A DNA stretch of 63,978 nt, the filler included, from Rhabdomonas costata (taxonomy: Eukaryota), in assembly GCA_019059605.1 (NCBI GenBank). It is 24 parts of 24 records of this genome, joined end to end, with 100 filler letters (N's around TTAATTAATTAA, not from the genome) between each part and the next. Parts side by side here need not be neighbours in the genome. Positions count along the whole stretch, not along the records: positions 34,712 to 37,281 come from JAHMHO010002818.1; positions 37,382 to 39,950 come from JAHMHO010002819.1; positions 40,051 to 42,618 come from JAHMHO010002820.1; positions 42,719 to 45,285 come from JAHMHO010002821.1; positions 45,386 to 47,954 come from JAHMHO010002822.1; positions 48,055 to 50,622 come from JAHMHO010002823.1; 18 more parts are not named here. One strand, given 5' to 3'. Positions within the stretch are counted from its first letter, which is position 1, and each line of letters begins with the position of its first letter. The notes below the pieces were generated by a model. The model was not told the origin of the DNA and ran no database searches. It worked only from the letters and a program-made list of their open reading frames with translations. Below, piece by piece: positions 34,807 to 48,402 of this stretch. Position numbers and translations under genes: made by a program.

Positions 34807-37182
34807 ACTGGCACCTCCGCGGCCATCGCCGCGATCACTGCTCCGGCCACGCCCAGCATGAGCTTTGTGATTGCGGAGCGCTCGATGACGGCGGCGGAGC
34901 TGGTGCAGGGCTCGGCGGTGCAGCTGGTGCCCTTTTTAGCAAACGCCGCGGCGCTTGTGCACAACGTGCCCGGAGGGGTGAGCGGTGTGACGATGAGCTG
35001 GAGCCGTGAGGTCATGGTGGGGATCTTCAACGGCACCATCTCGATGTGGAACCATCCATTGATTGTGAGGCTGAACCCGTTCATCTACCTCCCGGCGGAG
35101 AAGATTGTGTTTGTGGCCTATCAGCCGTATGGCAGCCCTCCCCTTTCGAGACTGCCGCTCTTGTAACCACTCGGATGCGCTGTAAGATATCCAGTGCTAT
35201 GCTTTTCTCGCGGTAACTCCGCGGCGCGCTCCTTTCTTTCTCCTGCAATGTTTTCGTCCACTCATCAATAAGGTAATGGTGTTGGCTGAAGGTGCCTCTG
35301 TCAGATCTCCGGTCTTTTCATTTCGGTGTCATTCATAGAGCCCAGCGGTCTGCTTCCGATGTGCGCGTTCCCCATTTTGGCGACTCTTTTGGAATCTATT
35401 GTGCTCTCTGTTCACCTCACGATTCGGTAAACTCAGCGGTAAGCTTGGGAGTTTGCATTTCCTGACCCTGTTGGGTGAAGTCATTGTGCTCTGTCCCGAC
35501 ACACAGATCTAGCACGTTGACGCAGCTGGTGAAGAGAACCTTGCTGTCCTTTAACTCGCGGTGGAGCCAGGTTGGGGACACATCCACTAACCCGGGATGG
35601 CCCACGGCATTGGCAAGTCGCATCATCAAGGCTACGAGCTGGGACGACACGGTGACCAAGCTAGTGGTTTGCGTGTGTGTGTGTGTGTGTGTGCGTGCGC
35701 GCGCGCACTGGGGATATCGCGATGTTTTTTTTAACACTTCTCAGAAAAGCACAAAAGCACTGTGGGTCTCCCAGAGACAGGTTCCAAGTTGCATAAAAAA
35801 CCGAGGAAGTGGCGATGCGGAAAAATGAAAGTGGCTGGCCTGGGGTGCAAGGACCAGCGCGCAGACGTTTTCTGTTTCTTGCTTCGGCTTATCCCCCTGT
35901 GATTTGGATACGTTAAGTCTTAGGTGTTGGTGATACGAATTTCGATGGATGAGAAGTGGAAATAAGAACAGGGGCATGCAACTCGGGGATTTGTGCACGT
36001 TTGAGCGAATCTGTCAGAACTGACCGCATGCGCATCATCATCGTGCTACTGTGGCCCACCGCTGTGAATCCTCGCGAAGGACGCAGTCGTCCAGTACAAT
36101 TTTTTGTTGGTTCAGTTACCTTCAGCCCTTAACATTGTAGATTGCAGGCCAGTGCCGCAGGTTCAGTCAGGGAGTGTGCCGAAAATTATGATCAAGGTTG
36201 AGACCTTGATCGGTTAAGTGCGACACCCGCTTACTTCTTGACACCCCTTTCTGTTTGTTCTTTGCTGGCCTCTTGTTTCGATGCACATTTGCTTTTGACT
36301 TGCCTGCGTTTCCATCAGAACCTCTGACAATCTGAATCCTGGGATCTTTTATTTACACAACAAACCCCCCGAAACGCTGCGCGGCCGTTAGCTGGGGGTG
36401 AGGGATTCATCCTTAGCCGGTTGTTGTTCCCCCTCTTGGCGGCTCTTTCGTACCCCTTTGCGCTGCTTCTTGCCCCGCGCAACGAAGGGTTTAAGTACGG
36501 TACCCACAACAATCACCCTGACCCACCGCGCTCTACCCAAAATGGACCCAGGCAACTAGCTGTGAGGTGGGCAACCGCTTGCGGCCTTCCTGATATCTTG
36601 CTGTTTGTTGCATCTCACCTCGCAGACCACGCCGTACGCCATCAGCTACGTCAACCGTGCCACTGCGGTGACGTATGGGCTGCCGATGATCTCGATCCCC
36701 AACAGACAAGGGCACTGTGGCTGTGCCTTTCTTCGCGCTTGTGCCCCCCGTCCCTCTATTCCTGTTCCATCTGGCTGTAGGGGAACTGTTGCCCTGGAGA
36801 CACCACAACGTGTTTCTTTTGCTTACTCTCATGGCATTTTGCGGATGTTCAAGGGCGGTGCAGCGTTTTTTTAAATGGTCGCACAGCCTAGCTATAATCA
36901 GCTTGATGAGCTCTTGAGGGAAGCGAGAGATCGAGAGGCTACGTTGACTTGGTGCCGATTGGAGCCTCGTGGGACGTGCCCCACAGTGCGTTTCTCATGT
37001 GTAAGAGCCTCAATCCTTGTCCTCGTGGTTGCTGGATTACTATGTTGCTTTGAGGTTGTCTTCTTGAAGCGGAATTTTGGAGTGAAATCTATGCTGCAAA
37101 CACAGCAACTATGTGCTGCCGACGTTGGAGTCGGTGGAGATGTCCGCGCAGACCGCTGTCTTCAATGGATACTTCGAATGCG
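34807..37182 (+). CDS. PstS-like solute-binding domain protein, partial; exons 34807-35126, 35507-35666, 36626-36711, 37106-37182
   Basis: HNVPG...GIFNGTISMWNHPLIVRLNPFIYLPAEKIV, TPYAISYVN and NRQGNYVLPTLESV follow the PstS motif order. The last intron is GC-AG. Confidence 0.82.
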
Positions 37183-37892
37183 GTCCGAGTCTCTCCTTTT
37201 TCAGCTGCGAGATAGCGGTTCTCTCGCTGTTCGCGTTTCTTTCACACTCCGCCCCCTTCCAGAGATTTCGCCCCCAAAAAANNNNNNNNNNNNNNNNNNN
37301 NNNNNNNNNNNNNNNNNNNNNNNNNTTAATTAATTAANNNNNNNNNNNNNNNNNNNNNNNNNNNNNNNNNNNNNNNNNNNNGGGTTTTTGTGCAAAAGAC
37401 AGCGATTCACAAAGGATATGCCCAAACGCGATACCAAACCGGAATAGTACACAAGTTGAACGTTTTAACGTTGTTAAAAGGTGTGTTGCAATATTTGATG
37501 TGTTGTATTGAGGTACCTTTCCTGGGTATTTCTGGTGTGTTAGAGGCTGACTTCGGTGAATTTGCCCAGGAAGGGCGGTGAACGGTCCCCAGGAGATGTC
37601 GCACACAGTCTTGAGAATTATCACTTAACGCTGGCAAACCATTTTATACCCTCTCAAAAAAAACATCGGATCCCTAACGAAACGCTGTGAGCGAAAAGAA
37701 GGAGAATAATGAAACGGTTGTCAAATTCACGTCCATTCCCTTACAAAGTCCACGCCCCCCCCCCCTTCACCCGCTGTGATCAAAAGACAACACTGATCAC
37801 CGTCATCCACAAAGAAAAGCAGCAGAACGCACTAAACCCAAAATATAGATGATGTTTACTATCGTGTTTTGAAAGCGGGAAGAGTGTGCTAC

Positions 37893-39760
37893 CCCGGATG
37901 CTCCCGGCTGTGCTCATGGGCAGCGTGGCGTGGTCCCAGGCGTGGGCCTCCTCCATCTGCTTCGCACGCTGCTCCAGCTCACGGGCTCGAATTTCGGCCA
38001 GGGAGGGGCCTTCCTCCGGAGGCTTGGTGTACAACCTTATTTCCCCAAGGAAAGCCAAATACGGCACAAAACATCGGTTTAAACCCCGTCGTTGGCACCA
38101 AATCCTCACCACAACCGACCTCAATACAACCTGTGGTAATGCATACCAATCATTCGCTTATGGGGAAAAGGTAATCGAAACAACCACGCTCGATGTAACG
38201 CAAAGCATCCAGCGCTGCCGCATAGGCAAAATATCTGCTTCCTCAAAAGTGATAAACCAGGTAAACCAGGCTCAAACAGAGTAGAAGCTCTTGCATCAAA
38301 TGCAGTTTCGGCAGGGCAGAACCCTAACACTACTGCGAACCCCAAGAACAGCACTACAACATGGGACTATACCGCTGCATGCGCTGCTCAAAGGCCGCCT
38401 CGTCAACCTTGTAACCAAACAGCTTAGGGCCTTTTCTCTGTAAGAGTGATGTGTCATAGAAGGCACAAAATAGGCGCACTTGAAAAATCGCTCGACATCC
38501 AGACAAGACCCTACTACAAAAGTACTCGAAGGAAGCAACCAGGTACTCGAGTGATCTGTCAACCCTGCGGACCCTGTGAATGTGTGGATCTCCCATCAAG
38601 CAGCGTTTACTCAGGGAAGGGCGATTCGCATCCCATCTTATGGCAGGGAACTCGCCACCATACTCACATCAAATATTAATAAAGCTTAGACACAGGGGGT
38701 CGAAAAAAATTTCGATCCGCTCAAAGAGTTCAGAGGAACTGTAATTTGAAGTCCCATACATGAGAGAGACAACGTAAGCATAGAGCTCAGTTCCAAAGTG
38801 TACAGGACGTCAGAAGTTCCCCCCCTCCCGAATACATCGACCACACCACATCTTCGGCACACCTCCTTGCCTCGCAGCAGGCCCCGCTCTTCCTTCACAA
38901 CCCTCTCGTGGGCTTGCGCCCGCCGGAGACGGAGCTTCTCTGGGTAGTCCTCCTGCCGCTTCAGAAACTCCTGCACTCGCGGGGGCAGCGGCGCCTCCTC
39001 TCCAGCCTTCAAAGGAGAGCCCCCCTCCAAGCCGGCCTCCCTGGCGGGATCGTCTGGAGAAGAATACCAATCCAAAAATAATTGCAACAGGGCACAAACA
39101 AGATAAAAATAAATAAGGTTGAGAATGAAAAGAGGGAAGGAGGCGTGGCCCTGTGTGACAAAAAAACAACTGATATCCCACCTATCGACAAGGATGAGGC
39201 ACAAGAGGGAAGAATAGATTAAGCATTATAAACCACAGAGCGACTCATCTACATAACCGCGGCCTCCTATCCACACCAGATATTCCGCCCATGTACCAAG
39301 ATGCAACGTGTTCCAATCCAACGTGTACAGCAAAGCTGCCCCTGGTCCATTTCAAAAAACCACAGCAGAGTCTCGACCAAACTGTTCCTTGTTCACTCAA
39401 ACGGACCCGCAACAGATACTAACGACGGCTTCAAAAAACAACCGCCACCCACCCACACACACACAGCACAATGCTTGCTTGGGGCTAGATTTATGGTGGC
39501 GGTGGGTTTCGACTGACTCTCCCGTCGGCTCGGCAGGTGGCACACTCACACGTATGCACGTCCGCTGAAGCCGACCTGGAGGTATCTCAGTGAGTGCTTG
39601 CGGCACGCCGTGGAGCTCCAGCTTGCGCCACAGCTGCGTCCTCAAATCCAGGGAATACACCGCCGCGCTGGCGACAAAAGGTGCCCGCAGGCCGCCCACC
39701 ACCACCATGGCGTCCCCGAGAATCGCCGCAGAGTGCGCACAGAGGGCCGGGGGAGCGGTG
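37893..39760 (-). CDS. Kelch-repeat protein with charged C-terminal region, partial; exons 39760-~39600, 39053-38863, 38437-38373, 38035-37893
   Basis: PPALCAHSAAILGDAMVVVGG...VYSLDLRTQLW is a kelch repeat. The downstream exons join in phase through GT-AG. Confidence 0.7.
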
Positions 39761-40600
39761 CTGTGATGTGAGCCATAGAGTAATGTGTGAGATGCGAACG
39801 ACAGGAAATCAACTGACGACTGTTGCGAGAATCTAACCAAACTTGTGGTGAATGAACAATGGCGCAGACAAAGAAGTGCAATCACGAACGAAAGGGTGCG
39901 CGGAGGAGGAGTGTGGGTCAGGCATGATTTCGCGTTTTGGACACAACAACNNNNNNNNNNNNNNNNNNNNNNNNNNNNNNNNNNNNNNNNNNNNTTAATT
40001 AATTAANNNNNNNNNNNNNNNNNNNNNNNNNNNNNNNNNNNNNNNNNNNNGTGTGGGTGTAAAGCGGCAGAGTAGGAGGTGAGGCTTTTGGGCGCATGCC
40101 CTGTGAAGGGTGAGAATCCCAGGAGGGAAGAGAAACACGAGTCTTCCCTAGAAAAAAGTCACCCTGGCTAAATGCACACATAAAATGTGTTTTTGTTTAT
40201 GCGCGAGGGTGTGTGTGCGTCTGCATCGGGGATGCTGTCCATTATTTTTTTTGGAGGTATGTGATTCCGGATGTGCTGCCTCGAAAGGTTGCGACGGACG
40301 AGATGGAGCAGGAGCAGTGCCATGGCTTCATCAGCTTTACACCTCCTTGCCTCACGCTACTGGAGGGGTCCCCTGCTGGCAGGGTTGGCGTGCGCAGGTC
40401 TCCCACACAGTATTGCGTAAGCCTGGGTCCAGCCACTGTCTGGCGCATTCACGAATGCTATTATTATATTGCACTTTTTGTGTTCTTACCTTCGCACAGA
40501 CAGCCATAGCGGAGAAATGTGTGCGTGTAATTGCGAAAGTGTGTGTAATCCTTCCGTTCTCCACCACACCATCACTGTAGTCCAAGGGGAGGAAGTACAC

Positions 40601-41897
40601 AGCTCAACGACGGCGTCCACGGTGTCACCGTCCAATTCCCTGCGACGCAACCACAAACACCACACAAAAATACGCCACCTCCGTTAAATTGCTGCTCCTC
40701 GCTGGTTCAAGTCCTTCGCCATTGGAAAGAGTTCCACCCAAAAGGGTTTCCGGAAGTGTTCGACTCAATTACGTGCTTTTTTCTGGCCCCTGCTGAGAGA
40801 AAACAAGTATCTGAAGGAAACCCATGTTTTATTCTTCCCGGAACAACGATCATCATAATAAGCGTGGCGAAACATCAAGGGAACGTGAAGATGAAGCGCG
40901 AAGGACAAAAACCCAGGAAGGTAGTCCGAGAGAAGGTTGAACAGGTCATTGGAGTACTTTGGAGCCATTTCATTGAAATCATACTCAATCTCAGCATCCT
41001 GCACCGCAGCAAACAAAAACGAAATAACCGTGCCACATATTTGCGAAGTCACAGATGACTTGGCGGGTGCCTTCATCGCACCTAGTCGACCTAGGAAGTG
41101 TCTGGCGCACGCCTCCCTCCCCCTCGCCTCCGTTGGGGAGTACATTGCTAATCAGACAGATATGAACTCGTCTCCCTGCCCTGTGAATGCTCCCGTTTTA
41201 AGCCTTTGTGGATATCACAAGTGTCTTTGTCTAAATTGCATCAGTAGTTTTCGGGCAGGACCATTGAGGGATGGAGGGGGTTGCGTATGTTCAAAAATTA
41301 CGCTCTGTGTCGACAAGAACATCAGCGATTGCTGGCTACGTGGCCAGACAGTCCCGGCAGATAAGTCACCTAGTAACCTAAATCTAACCCAGAGGGAGCC
41401 CTAGACCCTGAACGAGAGGAAATTTGCATTGCGTTTCCAGCCCGCAGCAAGATCAAGATACGACTCGAAGGGGGGCGTAAATCGCCTCTTTACCCCCGAG
41501 ACATATTTATTCTGTCCAAGTGGGCACGGGCACGAGGGAAAGCCGAACAGCCTTACAAAATGACACAGGTTTACATCACTGCGCAAAAATGAAGTCTCGG
41601 TTTAAATGTTTATCCGATTTGAAACGTTAAACCTAGCTTGGAAAGAGTGGATCCCCTCCCCCAGCTGATCCATCGTTGCATAGGTTGAGAGAGGACAAAG
41701 AAAGGAGAAAGGAGAAAGGAAAAGAGGGGTGGAAGGCTGCCCACACGCACGCTTTCATCTTGCGCAGCCTCCTCCTGCTCGTCCGAGTCTGTGTCGGTGG
41801 TTGAGTCTTCCTTTCCTCGGTGGCGGTCCTTGGACGCAGGTGGCCCAGTAGGTCCTCTCTTCCCCCAACGGGCCTTTCTCCTTCGCTTGACTGGCAT
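40601..41897 (-). CDS. Protein with basic/acidic N-terminus, possibly BCCIP/Bcp1-like; exons 41897-41751, 40998-40913, 40639-40601
   Basis: In-phase GT-AG joins give MPVKRRRK...DSDEQEEAAQDES-DAEIEYDFNEMAPKYSNDLFNLLSDYLPG-ELDGDTVDAVVEL. The family call is tentative. Confidence 0.5.
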
Positions 41898-42718
41898 CCC
41901 CCCAACAGCAGGGTGGCGTTCACTTCTCCCACCCCAGCCTCGTCCCCGCGCTGGGACCCTGGGACCCAAGCACAACAAAGCCCGAAACCCGAGCCCAGGG
42001 ACAAAGGCAACAGAGCAGTTTTCTGTCCAAAAGACACACAAAAGGGCATCAACACATCCCCATGCATTTGAGCTGCTGTTGTGTGTGTGGAAGACTCGTG
42101 ACGCTGGACACTGACTTGGTTTTAGGTCACTCCGTCGCCAAACGGCGGTCACGGGTTCGTGCCTGGTGCCTGGTGGTAAGGATATGTTGAAATGGCCTTC
42201 GCAAACGTTCGTATACCTAATAAATGGAATATAATTGCTTGCGCATCCCCTCTGCACCCTTTTTCCACGCACAAATGCGTACGATTTAAATGCAATAGAA
42301 TTTTCTCGCTCACTAACTCAGAACCACACAAGACAGGAGTCACCTTCAAGCCGAAAAAGGGGGAGGGAAAGAGGAAGGCAGCCACCATCACCTGCGAAAT
42401 TACATACCTTTGCTTTTTATCCCATTGCGAATTCCGGGGGAAAAGATACTTGGGGGGGGGGTGCCGTATAATGGGATGTTATAGTCATTATACCACAATT
42501 ACAACTACAATGCCATTGTACTATAATGATATTGTTGCGTTTAATGCCATTATACGGTCTGCATAATACCACTATAGTAAGATGATATTGGTATACTATA
42601 CTCCTGCTAACCACCCCCNNNNNNNNNNNNNNNNNNNNNNNNNNNNNNNNNNNNNNNNNNNNTTAATTAATTAANNNNNNNNNNNNNNNNNNNNNNNNNN
42701 NNNNNNNNNNNNNNNNNN

Positions 42719-45176
42719 TGTGCAGCGCCTCCACCAAGTCTTGTGAGACCACGTCCATGTTCTGCGCGTCGTCCCAGCACAGCACAAGCGCAGGCACCCT
42801 AGAGGCGAAGCTTTGCAGCAGAGCCTCGAGCACCCGGCTGGTCTGCGCCGAGAGGCAACCGGAGAGTTCCGGAAGGTCAGCATGGAGGACGCCGTGGGTA
42901 GCAAAAGGTCCTCCCCACCACTGCCCCGTTGACCAGCTAATGGAAAGAAGAGAGGGGGGGGGAGCGGTGCGACATCGCGGGCGATGGAAGAAATGCTGAT
43001 GGCAGCACAGCTGCATTTCCTTCTCTCACAGGGCACCGCTTACAAAATATTGCTGACCGTAACACTTGTAGACGGCGAAGCAAACTGGGAAGCAACACTC
43101 GGAAACTGCAAAGGTTGCTTCAGGTTGCCTTTGGCAATATAAGTCAAAAAGGGCTTGCGGCACACCCTTCTGACCCCCCAAGGACAGTGCCTGGTGCGAG
43201 ATGAATGATGCTATCCTTCTAAAACCAATCTGCAATGTCGCGTCCCTACAGAAGCACACATACACACCGCCGCTCGGGGCAGTGGGAAGCAGAAGTGCAG
43301 GGACCACAATGTTGGGGGTTGCGACTTCCCCTGCAAACGAGAGAACAAGCAGGTAGCAATTGGTCGCCCGGAAAGAACCGGACTGACGACCATTTCTGCA
43401 GACCCCGTGGCGTAAACAAGGCAGGATACGGGTGTGACGGCCTTATGGCACTCGGAGAGGCATTTGCTTGCCTCCCCAGTCAAAACCGGTGTTGCTCATG
43501 AGATCTCTTCCAAACAGACACATCGGAACGCTTACCTTCACTCATAAGCAAACATGCAAACTCTCCACAGACACAAAAGTTTAATGGGGGGGCCACTCAC
43601 CTCCTGCGGATTCGTTCACTGCTCTCATTCTAGGCTTGTGCCTTCACTTGTGCCTTCACCTCGATTGGTCAAAATTGAGCCTTTTTTATTCCCTGACTGC
43701 GGGAGGTGGGGAGAGGCATCAAAATAGTCTGTACAACAGAGCAACACAGTGAAACCAAACAAATCCCCGGCACTTGGGTAAGCTCTGCTCATTGTTCACT
43801 TCAAGTAACCAACTCCGTTTCAAGGGGTACATTTGAAATCATTGAGAATTAGGGGTCTAAATTCCGTAACTTATCGTTAAGGTGGTGACTCCCTCCAGAC
43901 CTTTTCTTGCCACTCCTGCAATGATGCATCTCGTAATATGATGCAATGTCAGAATGGAAGGGAGAGGCTGTCATTTGCAGAAGTCCACTCAACCAATCTG
44001 CGCTGATCGTGCATCTGGGGGTGTGTGGTGCCCCACTTCCGTTTCGTGCAGATGAGGCTGGTCACAAATTCACATTCACACACCCACGGGGCTTTGCTCT
44101 GCGCTGAGCTCAGTGGTCTCTCCGCCCGGAGAGGGGTCAGTTGATACCCCGGTATCCCCACAGGACACCGCGGGGATCTCTGAACCTGAACATGTCCGCA
44201 AAACACCCACCGCATGGACCTTTTCCCAAATCTTTCCCCTGTTCCAAGCGCATCTTCCTCAAAAAAAACTAACGCATACGCCTTTCAAATCATGCCTTCG
44301 GGTCGTTCTGGCACCAGAAAGTTCTTGCAACCGCGCAAAAGAGGACTGTCTTATCCTCCAGGAGCTCGCATTTGCTTGTGGGGCTAAACAAGAAAAGCGG
44401 GCGGGCAAAGAAGATGATGGTAAATAGTGGCAGGGGACGGGAGGGGGGGTGAGGTAACCCACCCACTTCATCCAGCGGAAGGATGGAACGGGGCCGGAAC
44501 TGTGTGGGAAGAAGGGTATCCAGAACTCCCAGCTTGCTTCGCTCCATGTTGGGCAGCAGCTGCATCACAATCTCCTCATCCTAAAGCACACAGATACCAT
44601 TCCTTGGGAGCGCTATTTCCCCTGAAGGACCACCTGGGCACCGCGGCAGCATGTCATGCGCATTTGTGTGGTCCGCGATCTGCCCACAGCAACTAAGAGT
44701 GCAAGGTCGGCATGCAGACAGGGAGGGAAGGAATCAGGGTGTGTCAAGACAGCTCGCATCACAGACCTTGCTGCACAACAACAAGTTGCAATGCTGAAAG
44801 GGGCAGGAAGCCAAGGGGTATACGGGGGGTGGGAAGTGGAATATGAAGGTTTCACGATGCAATGAATGGTGAAGTGACGCAGGAGGGTGGAGGGATCACA
44901 GCTAACATACACACGCAGTCCACTTGCACAAGGCTCTGCTCCAGTGAGGTTTTTCACACACGCACGCACGCACACACATACACAAAAGACGTGCGCACAC
45001 CGATGTCCCCGTGATCCCACAGCTCTCGGGGTACAGACGGATCCACGCAAACAGGCAGGTCAGCAAAGCCCGGAACGCCGAAAAAGGGGACCCTCGGTCG
45101 CTCTCGCTCAGCAGCACCACCATCACGGGCAGCAAGGGCCAAGTGTTCTGCAGCTCCACCGCGAGCATACTCTTCC
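42719..45176 (-). CDS. P-loop NTPase (AAA_16/STAND type, as in soluble adenylyl cyclase-like proteins), partial, multi-exon
   Basis: Walker A end GKSMLAVEL (45176-45092), exon DEEIVMQLLPNMERSKLG (~44580-44463) and Walker B LVLCWDDAQNMDVVSQDL (~42920-42719). Confidence 0.6.
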
Positions 45177-48100
45177 CTTGAAAAGACAAGTGAACCCCTT
45201 CTCACCCAACTAAAAGTCCGTCAACAAAGAGAGACCGAGAATGGGCCTCGCGTTTCCCCCCTTCCCCCCTGGGCTCCCCACAACANNNNNNNNNNNNNNN
45301 NNNNNNNNNNNNNNNNNNNNNNNNNNNNNTTAATTAATTAANNNNNNNNNNNNNNNNNNNNNNNNNNNNNNNNNNNNNNNNNNNNGGATGGATGTTATGA
45401 ATTGGTTGAACACCAGCACGATGGGCGAAGTGGGGGTGCTGGGAAGGTGATGACCGCTCGTTCCCCCCGCGCGAAGGTTCCAGCGGTCTGTGTTGTGATG
45501 TCATTTTGCAGTGCGATACCTACCAGTTCGATAACTTGTGCCCCTCGTGGGTGCCCGTTCTTGCCTGCGGTTGGATCGCAATTCTGCGCATTGCACCGCT
45601 GACCTGGTTTGTTCCTTTGTCTTTCCCCCTTCACAAACACACAATTCTGAATTCGGAATTCTGGTGTGCGTGCTTCCTGTTCCCCTTCGCGTTGTTATCA
45701 CCACACGGCCGAGGACGCAAGCCAGACAAAATGGCAGTGGTGCATTTTCCAACCCCACCACAACCACAACCGAAGACCCAAGGGGCAAGATCTGTGTGTT
45801 AGTCAACAATCACATTCGGACATTTTTATATGGGACACGCGGTCCTTTCTGACCGTTTGCACGGTGCGAATGATGCCATGTGGTTTTCACAATGGGCACA
45901 TGACAAGTGATTCGCGTCTCATATCGCCATCGTCGCAGTTGTCTTCTTTCCACGAAATAAAGAAAATGTTCGGATAACGTTTTCTTTTTGGATCGCTTAC
46001 CCTCGTCCGATGTTCAAAGGATTTTAGGTGGCAAATGCTTCCCGCCGTTCTGCTGGCGTAGCTTCCCCTTCATACGACTCTTTCAGATGAACACTTTAGG
46101 TTTTTTCAACCATGACCTGCATTGTTTTTGTTTCCTCACTGTCGAGTGATACCCACCTTAAAAGGTATGTGCAGTGGTTTCCACGCCCTTTTTTTATTTT
46201 CCTCCTACACAGGGTGTGGAAGTCCGTGGCCTTATTTTCTGGGTTAGCATTCATCAGCCTTCGCATAAAAATGGGCTCAGTTTATATATTTGTGCTGTGC
46301 TGCTGAGCATCATTTATATTTCGGCACGCACTGCCTCTGAACCCGAACCGAGCCGACTCTTGTTGACGCTTCGGCATTCTGCGTTTTTGATTGTGGAGGA
46401 GGAACTTGCGGTTGGGATATCGGGAACATTGTACATGCGCTAAAAGAAACCGCTGTTCTTTTGTGAAGGTGGGATATCTCCTCACGGTTTGTGGGGAAAG
46501 ACACCATAGAAAACAGACGTTTGTAAGTGGATGTTCATGTTGGAGCATGTACAACTGTGTGAAGCAGGTCCGTTGCGTCCTTGCCCCGTTCTTTGGTGTA
46601 GTAAGTGCAGCCGGGCTGGAGCCCGACACCGTCCCATAGTTAGCCCAAATGTGGTTGTCCATTCTCAAAGTGCATAGCGATTGTTTGGATTGTTTGCTGA
46701 GTCGTCCTCCCCTTTTGATTTGGAGGTGCCTGCTCTGGTGGATGGGCAACTTACCTTCCCCGACGCACGGTTCCCAGCGCCAAAAGAGCAACCCCACTGA
46801 TGGAGACACAGTGTAGAGATAGAGACAGCGTATAACGATACAGCCGGACAGGCACCACGAACGCGTGCGCCATCTGCACGTTTAAAAATAACCATGGCAG
46901 GCATAACTTGCTGTCCAAAATTCTAGTGTTGATGTGCTGACAAGCACATTCAGCCGTGAGAAAGCGTGGATATAAAAAATGGTCCCAAGTGTGCCAGGGT
47001 TAGGGTTGAAGCAAGGATGAGATTTTTAGTAGGGCTGACGGCATGTTCGGTGTAGAGCACTCCAATCTTTCCGCGCACCAGCAGTACGAAAACAAAGTCG
47101 TGGAAGTGGCTACTGGTTGAGAGGGATCGCTGCTCCCAAAGATGCACCTATGTCATCGTCTCCCCCGATCTTCTCACCCCCCCCCCACACGTTCAAATAA
47201 AGATCCTTGCCTAGAGAGATTACGACGGCGCTGCTTCCTTTCTCTTCCTAAAAGAAGCACTTCTTTTGCTGTTGTTTCGTCCCCCTCTATGGCGACTGCC
47301 ATTTTTTGCTGGGTGTCCTCCCCCCATGGCCACAGCCACTCCCACTCCCACTCCCATTTTTACTGGGCGATTGACGGACATCTCCGAGGTCCTCGAGCCT
47401 TCTAATGGGACTATTCCTCGAGGTCGCATCCGCGGCCTGAACGACGCCCCTTCTCTTTTTCAAGTTTGCTGCGAGAAGGTAGTTGCCTTCTCCCAAAAGA
47501 AAGCACACAAAAAGCACAACGTGAACAGGTCGAGACAACCTGTGAGACAGATATAGAAAGGGTTTGGTTTCTGTTGCGCAGGCAACCGTACAAAAGAAGC
47601 AAAAATCATCAAGAATGCTCGTGCTCTTCACTACCGCCAAAACCGCACCCACCGTCAGCACCACGGCCGCCACCGCCATCCGCAAACGCAGCGCGCCATT
47701 TCACGTCTCGTCTACCGCCGAGCGAAGCACTCGCGGCAAGCTCCCAAAAGCGGCTCCTTGCCGCAGCGCAGCAAGTGCCAGTGGGCGACGCCACCATTTC
47801 GAGGGGCAACCGCGTCGCTTGACAAAAGCATCAGGTCGCTGCCAGGATGCAGTAAATCCGGACGTTCCTGTGCCATGGTACATCTCACTTCACGAGTGCA
47901 CTGCGTGCGCCCATGCCTGCGAACCCCTTGTTCGGGCAATTGGAGCTGGGAGGCNNNNNNNNNNNNNNNNNNNNNNNNNNNNNNNNNNNNNNNNNNNNTT
48001 AATTAATTAANNNNNNNNNNNNNNNNNNNNNNNNNNNNNNNNNNNNNNNNNNNNTGTGGGTCATGTTGGTTTGACCGATAACTTCCACGTTCTGAAATTA

Positions 48101-48402
48101 CGGTGTACCCTGCTGCAGTTAGTCTGTTTTTTTTTGTGCCCAAGTCTTACTTTACAATGGAAATCACGGAAATCTATGAGCACAGGCACACCCCCGAATC
48201 TTCATGGGTTGTCACACTCAACACTCTGTCAATTACTTCCACTCATGCTTGAAACGATGAACATATGCCATATGTCACCGCTTTAGATTCGTTTGAAAGC
48301 ACAATGTTGGACGGTTCCCATGAGACGAGCGTTGGAAACCGCGTAAACCCACACAAATCCACACAAACCACGTAACAGAAACGACGTGGGGTGGGCTGGA
48401 AC

